Virus record (IMG/VR): IMGVR_UViG_3300020442_001467
Span: 1-64,000 of that record
DNA: 64,000 nucleotides
Origin: a virus
Direction: 5' to 3' (one strand)
The notes beneath the pieces are model-generated. The model did not search any database. It was not told the origin of the DNA and saw nothing but the letters and a program-made list of their open reading frames with translations. The translations under genes were made by a program, and so were the position numbers. The stretch's first letter is position 1, and every line of letters begins with the position of its first letter. Shown here in pieces: positions 58,716 through 64,000 of this stretch.

Positions 58716-59352
58716 CGACTACTTCCCAGGAATTCTAGAAGCTACCGATCTCTTGCCTAAAAAACAAGTGATCGGTATGCAGAAAACAGTATTGAATTCC
58801 GAGTTCCCATGGAACTTTGTTAGAGAGATTACGGCTCCATACCAATCGTGGAGAGACAATGACTTATACAAACAACCGTATGTAGATAGTCCTTTTTCTG
58901 TTCATGGATTTGTTCACGAACTATGGAGTCAAGGTAAGGTAGTGTCAAAACACTACGATCAGTTTCTTCCTGTAGTCTATGCACTAGAAGATGCTGCCGA
59001 TCTTGAGATCGAAGATTTGGTGGAGTTCAGATTAAATCTCTTCACCAAGAATGTCAATAATGTGCCTTATCACATACCACATATTGATATCTCTAAACCA
59101 GGTAAGATGTACAGTGCCATCTTTTACATTTGTGAATCAGATGGAAACACTCACTTCTTTGAGGAATTCTTCGATCCTGATGTCAAGAGATTTATCGATG
59201 GGTATCGTCCAGATCTATTCAATGTAGTAAAGACAGTACCACCAGAACAAGGTAAAGCGATTCTGTTTGATTCTAGAAGATATCATGCAAGTGCATATCC
59301 AGAAAGACATCCAGAACGTGTAGTATTAAACATGACGTTCAAAGTCAAATGA
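58699..59352 (+). CDS. 2OG-Fe(II) oxygenase
   Basis: PHID (HxD), IFYICESDGNTHFF, LFDSRRYHAS, RVVLN. Confidence 0.8.
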   Translation: MSQISDDYFPGILEATDLLPKKQVIGMQKTVLNSEFPWNFVREITAPYQSWRDNDLYKQPYVDSPFSVHGFVHELWSQGKVVSKHYDQFLPVVYALEDAADLEIEDLVEFRLNLFTKNVNNVPYHIPHIDISKPGKMYSAIFYICESDGNTHFFEEFFDPDVKRFIDGYRPDLFNVVKTVPPEQGKAILFDSRRYHASAYPERHPERVVLNMTFKVK

Positions 59353-59747
59353 AAATATCTTTTGTCAATGGTTGTTTTGATGTGTTACACCCAGGACACA
59401 TTGAACTATTGAAGTATGCTAGGTCTTTTGGAGACTATCTCATTGTTGCTATCGACTCCGACAGGAAGGTAGCAGAAATGAAAGGTCCCGAGAGACCTAT
59501 TTTTTCGCAATCCGATAGGAGACTGATGCTGTCAGCAATCAGGTATGTTGATGTGGTCCACACGTTCGACACCAAACAAGAACTTGAGGAGTTGCTGGAA
59601 TCGATCAAACCTGATACAATGGTAGTCGGTTCCGACTGGAAAGGAAAAGAAGTAGTAGGTTCACGCTATGCAAAATCAGTTCGGTTTTTTGATCGACAAG
59701 GAGACTACTCCACAACCCAAACAATTCAAGGTACTCCTTATCGGTGA
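59349..59747 (+). CDS. heptose-1-phosphate nucleotidyltransferase-like (HldE domain II / HldC)
   Basis: NGCFDVLHPGH (HxGH), LIVAIDSD, KGPERPI, GSDW, YSTT. Confidence 0.88.
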   Translation: MKISFVNGCFDVLHPGHIELLKYARSFGDYLIVAIDSDRKVAEMKGPERPIFSQSDRRLMLSAIRYVDVVHTFDTKQELEELLESIKPDTMVVGSDWKGKEVVGSRYAKSVRFFDRQGDYSTTQTIQGTPYR

Positions 59748-60453
59748 CACCTGCACTGACAGATATGTCTATGGCAGAGTCACTAGGATCAGTCCAGAGG
59801 CACCTGTACCAGTCATGGTCTACGATAGAGTAGAAACTGCTAAAGGTATGGCATACAACGTCAGAGAGAATCTGATGTCCTTTGGGGATGAAGTTTACAT
59901 GATGACTCATGAAGCACAAATAACCAAGACTCGATACGTAGACTCCAAGTCCAACCAGCAGATCATGCGGTTGGATGAGAATGATGAAGCAGAAGATTTT
60001 GGATGGGAGTTACCCAAAGAAAAGTTTGATGCTATGGTCATCTCTGACTACAACAAAGGATTCCTTTCCCAAGAGAAGATTCAAGAACTGGTAGACTGGT
60101 TCGATGGTCCCGTTTTTATTGACAGCAAGAAAACTGTTCTCCCAACTACTTGCTTCCTTAAGATCAATGATAGGGAAGCACAACAACTAGAAGGGGAATA
60201 CCCTAATCTGATTGTCACCAAAGGTTCTGAAGGTTGTACTTACAATGGCAGAACCTTTCCTGGTATTAAGGTGCCAGTGTTTGATGTAGCAGGTGCTGGT
60301 GATACGTTCCTAGCAGCTCTGGTACATTTCTATCTGTTGCTTGGTACGATTGATCGTGCTATTCCTTATGCAAACAAAGCAGCAGCAATTGCCGTTACAC
60401 ACTTCGGCACTTATGTTCTATCCAAAGATGATGTAAATGAAATACGTTGTTGA
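59668..60453 (+). CDS. PfkB-family heptose-7-phosphate kinase-like (HldE domain I / HldA)
   Basis: VLLIGD..DRYVYG...RISPEAPVPV, ISDYNKG, VFDVAGAGDTF. Confidence 0.88.
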   Translation: MQNQFGFLIDKETTPQPKQFKVLLIGDTCTDRYVYGRVTRISPEAPVPVMVYDRVETAKGMAYNVRENLMSFGDEVYMMTHEAQITKTRYVDSKSNQQIMRLDENDEAEDFGWELPKEKFDAMVISDYNKGFLSQEKIQELVDWFDGPVFIDSKKTVLPTTCFLKINDREAQQLEGEYPNLIVTKGSEGCTYNGRTFPGIKVPVFDVAGAGDTFLAALVHFYLLLGTIDRAIPYANKAAAIAVTHFGTYVLSKDDVNEIRC

Positions 60454-60760
60454 TATTGACGGCACTATCTGCTTCCCTGGCGAAGGTGATGCTGTATACA
60501 CTCATGCCAGACCCAGGACGGATCGTATCAGTAGAATCAATCAACTATACATCGAAGGGCATGAAGTATACTACTTCACAGCTAGAGGTATGGGACGCTA
60601 TAATAATGATCGCCAGAAAGCATATGATGAATTCTACGAGTTCACCAAGAAACAATTATGTAACTGGGGATGCATGTTCAACGATCTGTATCTAGGCAAA
60701 CCTTCTGGAGATATATACATTGACGACAAAGGAGTCAGCGACCATGAGTTCTTCAATTAA
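60437..60760 (+). CDS. small HAD phosphatase (candidate GmhB-type step)
   Basis: DIDGTI, FTARG, GKP..DIYIDDK. Confidence 0.8.
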   Translation: MKYVVDIDGTICFPGEGDAVYTHARPRTDRISRINQLYIEGHEVYYFTARGMGRYNNDRQKAYDEFYEFTKKQLCNWGCMFNDLYLGKPSGDIYIDDKGVSDHEFFN

Positions 60761-61097
60761 GTTCGTCCCAAAAGGTTGGGGTCACGAGAAATGGATCGTC
60801 AACAACGAAAAATACTGTGGAAAACTTTTATTCTTTGAAAAGGGAAAGAGGTGTTCTTGGCATTACCACAAAAGAAAAGAAGAAACGTTTTACATTCATT
60901 CAGGTAAACTACAGTTAGTGTATGGATACATGGATGATTTTACAGATGCAGATACATTAATACTAACCCCTGGAGACAAGTTTGAAGTCCCCAGGGAATT
61001 GCGTCATCAAATGAAGGCGTTAGAAGATACAGAGATGTATGAGTTCTCTACTACACACTTTGAGTCTGATTCTTATCGAGTAAAGAAAGGTGACTGA
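60744..61097 (+). CDS. cupin sugar(-phosphate) isomerase-like protein
   Basis: KGWGHE, YCGKLL, SWHYHKRKEETFY, RHQM; AAGGAG RBS. Confidence 0.8.
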   Translation: MSSSIKFVPKGWGHEKWIVNNEKYCGKLLFFEKGKRCSWHYHKRKEETFYIHSGKLQLVYGYMDDFTDADTLILTPGDKFEVPRELRHQMKALEDTEMYEFSTTHFESDSYRVKKGD

Positions 61098-61872
61098 TGT
61101 AGGTCTCAATTGAGATGAACTCTTTTTGATCCCACTTAAAATTAGAAAAAGTATTGTATTGATACTTGTCTTTCAGATGTTCGGGGAAGGGGATCTCTTT
61201 GATCTCCGCCCCGAATTTTTCTGCAATGATTTCTGCTACCTGTCTGAAAGAATAGACGTGACCAGATCCTAGATCATAGATACCAGATCCAACACCATTG
61301 TTGTCTACAATGTCTATAACATCATCCACCCAGATGAAGTCTCTCTTACAGTTTTCAGATCCCTCAAAGATTTCAATCACACCATTCTGTACTGCTTGCT
61401 CTGCAAACTTGCTTACAGGACTGCGCTGATTGCCTTTATGTTCTTCACCCAGACCATATACATTGAAGAATCTAAATCCTTGAATGAGGTCAAACCTATC
61501 AATGTTTTCAGATACCCATAGATCCACAGCAACTTTTGACTTTGCATATAGGTTGAGAGGGTCTAGTCCACCATCAGTTCTGTTGCCATACACAGAAGCA
61601 GATGATGCATACTTTACAGGGATACCATACTCAAGTGCCTTCTCGAACAATTCAATAGAATATTCTACGTTGAAACATGTAAGTTTTTCTTCATCTGTAC
61701 ATGTGGTAGAAGAGATTGCACCCATGTGGATAATCTCGTCGATGTCTTTCCACCCATTAAAGTTCTCAAGCATTGCCCAAGCGTTATAATCTTCTACTCC
61801 AATGAACGGTTGGTGCTTTTCTGCAAACTTCTTTCCAATGAATCCATTGCATCCAGTAATCAGTTTAGGCAT
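61051..61872 (-). CDS. hldD: ADP-L-glycero-D-manno-heptose 6-epimerase-like (HldD/RfaD)
   Basis: ITGCNGFIG (GxxGxxG), HMGAISST, YASSASVYG, YAKSK (YxxxK), GFRFFNVYGLGEEHKG. Confidence 0.82.
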   Translation of the reverse strand: MPKLITGCNGFIGKKFAEKHQPFIGVEDYNAWAMLENFNGWKDIDEIIHMGAISSTTCTDEEKLTCFNVEYSIELFEKALEYGIPVKYASSASVYGNRTDGGLDPLNLYAKSKVAVDLWVSENIDRFDLIQGFRFFNVYGLGEEHKGNQRSPVSKFAEQAVQNGVIEIFEGSENCKRDFIWVDDVIDIVDNNGVGSGIYDLGSGHVYSFRQVAEIIAEKFGAEIKEIPFPEHLKDKYQYNTFSNFKWDQKEFISIETYISHLSLLDKNQTQSV

Positions 61873-61887
61873 CGTATTGTAGACGGG

Positions 61888-61895
61888 TATAAATA
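61888..61895 (+). promoter_or_regulatory. T4-type late promoter
   Basis: TATAAATA upstream of 61929. Confidence 0.8.
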
Positions 61896-61904
61896 AGTAT
61901 AACA
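61896..61904 (-). promoter_or_regulatory. extended -10 promoter for the epimerase
   Basis: TGtTATACT on the minus strand about 25 nt above ATG 61872. Confidence 0.5.
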
Positions 61905-61928
61905 CAGAAGGACTATAGCGACAACAAG

Positions 61929-63071
61929 ATGTCTAATCCCACTTTTGGATATTTAGCGTCTCTCGTTTCACCTAAAAAAACTAGAGTCGCACTACATACT
62001 GCCCCAACAGGCAAAGTTGTAGAGGGTAAAATTTCGATTACACATAAAGATCCTTATCCAATTCGGGTTAGAATCGGTGTTTCTAGCGGAGGTCTACTAG
62101 ACTTCAACCCTGAAAACTATATCTTATTTGATTATGAGATTGGTGAAGGTCAGAGTTATGAGAGTGATACCATCTATTATGGTGGCGACCAATCTCTAGT
62201 TGTATGGGCAAGTTGCGATAACGCATCATTTGTTCTCCACGGTCAGATTCAAGATGACCCAACTGCTACTGGATTCGTTGCAGCAGCTCTACCAACACCA
62301 AGACAAAACACAGCAATCTATACAGTTCCTACTGGCGAAGAGGCACTGATCAGTTTGTTTGTTGCAAACCAAGGACCATCACCTGCTAGATTTAGAGTAG
62401 CAATCAGTGATGAAGGTGCTGGTACTACAATTACTTCTGATCAATATCTGGAATACAATAGAGACATTGTTCCCAGAACTTCTTATCAAAGAACTAACTT
62501 AAAAATTCGCGGTGGTCAATCTGTAGTTGTATTCACAGATACTGCTGATGTATCCTTCTCTGTCTACGCAAAGTTTAACTACTCGGTAGTTAGTACAGAC
62601 TTCTCTGTTGGCGGTGAATTGGATGTAGGCGGCGCAACTCTCTTGAGAGATGCTCTAGAAGTACAAGGCATCACCACACTGAAAGAACCATTGAATGCCG
62701 AGAAGGCAATTACATTAGGTACTGATTCTGTTCCAGCAAACCTAACTGTAAAGGGTGATATTGCAACTGGTTCTGGAAGTGTAAGTATCACAGACTCTAC
62801 TGGTAACATCTCAACCTCTGGAGTTTTAACAGCAGGTACTATCGCAACTACTGGAAATATTACTGCAGGATCAAACAAAGTCGTCTTAAATGCAACCACT
62901 GGAGACGTTACTGTAACAGGAATTTTGGATCCTCAAGGTGGATTCCTAGGTGATCTGGATCTTCTAAATAATAAAGTAACGAATCTGGCAGATCCTGCTG
63001 CCGCAACGGACGCTGCAAACCGCAAGTACGTTGATAGTAAGGTTGTAGCATTCTCTATCGCACTAGGATAA
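61929..63071 (+). CDS. tail structural protein (two beta-sandwich repeats plus fibre segment)
   Basis: Two copies of the 51499-type domain; KVTNLADPAAATDAANRKYVD fibre motif. Confidence 0.8.
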   Translation: MSNPTFGYLASLVSPKKTRVALHTAPTGKVVEGKISITHKDPYPIRVRIGVSSGGLLDFNPENYILFDYEIGEGQSYESDTIYYGGDQSLVVWASCDNASFVLHGQIQDDPTATGFVAAALPTPRQNTAIYTVPTGEEALISLFVANQGPSPARFRVAISDEGAGTTITSDQYLEYNRDIVPRTSYQRTNLKIRGGQSVVVFTDTADVSFSVYAKFNYSVVSTDFSVGGELDVGGATLLRDALEVQGITTLKEPLNAEKAITLGTDSVPANLTVKGDIATGSGSVSITDSTGNISTSGVLTAGTIATTGNITAGSNKVVLNATTGDVTVTGILDPQGGFLGDLDLLNNKVTNLADPAAATDAANRKYVDSKVVAFSIALG

Positions 63072-63086
63072 TCACGGAGTTTATAA

Positions 63087-64000
63087 ATGGCAAAACGACA
63101 AATTAGAGACTATGTATTCTCCCCAGGCATCGCTGGTGTCGGTACTCTAAAGATCCTGGACAAGGTAGATGTTGATCAGATTCTGATCATCACCAATGCT
63201 ACCAGCAACCAATTTTTATATAACTTCAGTGATCCGTCCTTACCGATTTCGGTAGACTTTACCTCAACTACAGACGGATCTGACCCAGACTTCCCATACA
63301 GTAATACATTGTCAAATGGTGTCACCACCATTACGTTCCTGTATGATACTTCTGCACAGTTTGCTACTGACAAGATCCTAATCTTTGTAGAAGCAGAAGA
63401 GCAAAGAACTAGACCATACGACTTCGGTACTGATGCTATCGAACGTATGAGGTTTGCAGAACCTCAATCGATGCTTGACGCTGACTTTGAGTATGGCATT
63501 CAACCAACCAAGTGGCAGTCTCTTGACCTGCTGCGTGGTTATCCTTCTATCTACGAAGTTCCTGGATCTGACATCGGTCTCGTTGCTGTTACAACCGACG
63601 CATCTGCTGGATCAGGTGCTATTGGTCCATCGAAAATTACTGTTGATACAGTCCTGGATCATGGTTTGACTGTAGGCGATCCTGTTTCTATTAAGGGTCT
63701 GGATGATGCTGTTTCTGGTTTCGCAAAAGCAGAAGGTTCGTTCATCATCGACGCTGTTCCTAGTACAACACAGTTTACCTACTATGCTAAAGCAAAAGTA
63801 GGAACAACTCCTGCTACTCCACTGCTGTCCTCATTTACTGTACTGAAGCAGGCAGGATTCTACACTGGTGCTGCGATTGGTACTAACCCTGTCTTCAGTG
63901 TAGTAACCAATGGTGCTTCGGGTAGCTTCCAAACAAAAGGATCTAACCCACAAGGGACGACAAGACTTGGTGTACAACCAGCTTCTGCACTACCTCCCAT
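63087..64000 (+). CDS. large virion structural protein, truncated by window end
   Basis: GGAG RBS; MAKRQIRDYVFSPG...PQSMLDADFEYGIQPTKWQ; open to the end of the window. Confidence 0.8.
   Translation, partial: MAKRQIRDYVFSPGIAGVGTLKILDKVDVDQILIITNATSNQFLYNFSDPSLPISVDFTSTTDGSDPDFPYSNTLSNGVTTITFLYDTSAQFATDKILIFVEAEEQRTRPYDFGTDAIERMRFAEPQSMLDADFEYGIQPTKWQSLDLLRGYPSIYEVPGSDIGLVAVTTDASAGSGAIGPSKITVDTVLDHGLTVGDPVSIKGLDDAVSGFAKAEGSFIIDAVPSTTQFTYYAKAKVGTTPATPLLSSFTVLKQAGFYTGAAIGTNPVFSVVTNGASGSFQTKGSNPQGTTRLGVQPASALPP

Noticed and set aside
1-64000. Stop-codon reassignment or selenocysteine recoding
   Set aside because: Genes end at TAA, TGA and occasionally TAG, conserved genes are uninterrupted in code 11, and the Cys-rich genes have no in-frame TGA.
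1-64000. tRNA/rRNA genes, introns, inteins, transposases
   Set aside because: None recognised by eye and intergenic gaps are short; tRNAscan-SE and Infernal would be needed to exclude small RNAs.

Overview
This is a 64-kb segment of a T4-like marine cyanomyovirus genome (Kyanoviridae-type), almost entirely on the + strand. Positions 1-7.2 kb form an early region of small hypothetical ORFs. They are driven by sigma70-like promoters, most preceded by a recurring palindromic upstream element. The region also holds a 2OG-Fe(II) oxygenase, a KTSC-like protein, a PD-(D/E)xK nuclease and an AT-rich tract with two cyanobacterial-type DnaA boxes. Positions 7.3-55.8 kb are a late structural module with TATAAATA late promoters: PAAR, gp25, gp6, gp7, gp8, a VrlC/DUF4815-type protein, fibres, an S8 protease, a 2128-aa repeat protein and three Cys-rich paralogs. 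Positions 55.9-61.9 kb are a sugar-modification cassette: GT9, carbamoyltransferase, 2OG oxygenase, split HldE-like enzymes, HAD phosphatase, cupin and an HldD-like epimerase. Structural genes then resume to the window end. The most striking signal is in the 2128-aa gene (40878-47264), which specifically avoids TAA/TAG/TGA in all three sense frames. By manual reading there is one such triplet in the distal ~3.2 kb, which points to an unexplained translation-level constraint. All calls come from motif recognition by eye; no searches were run.
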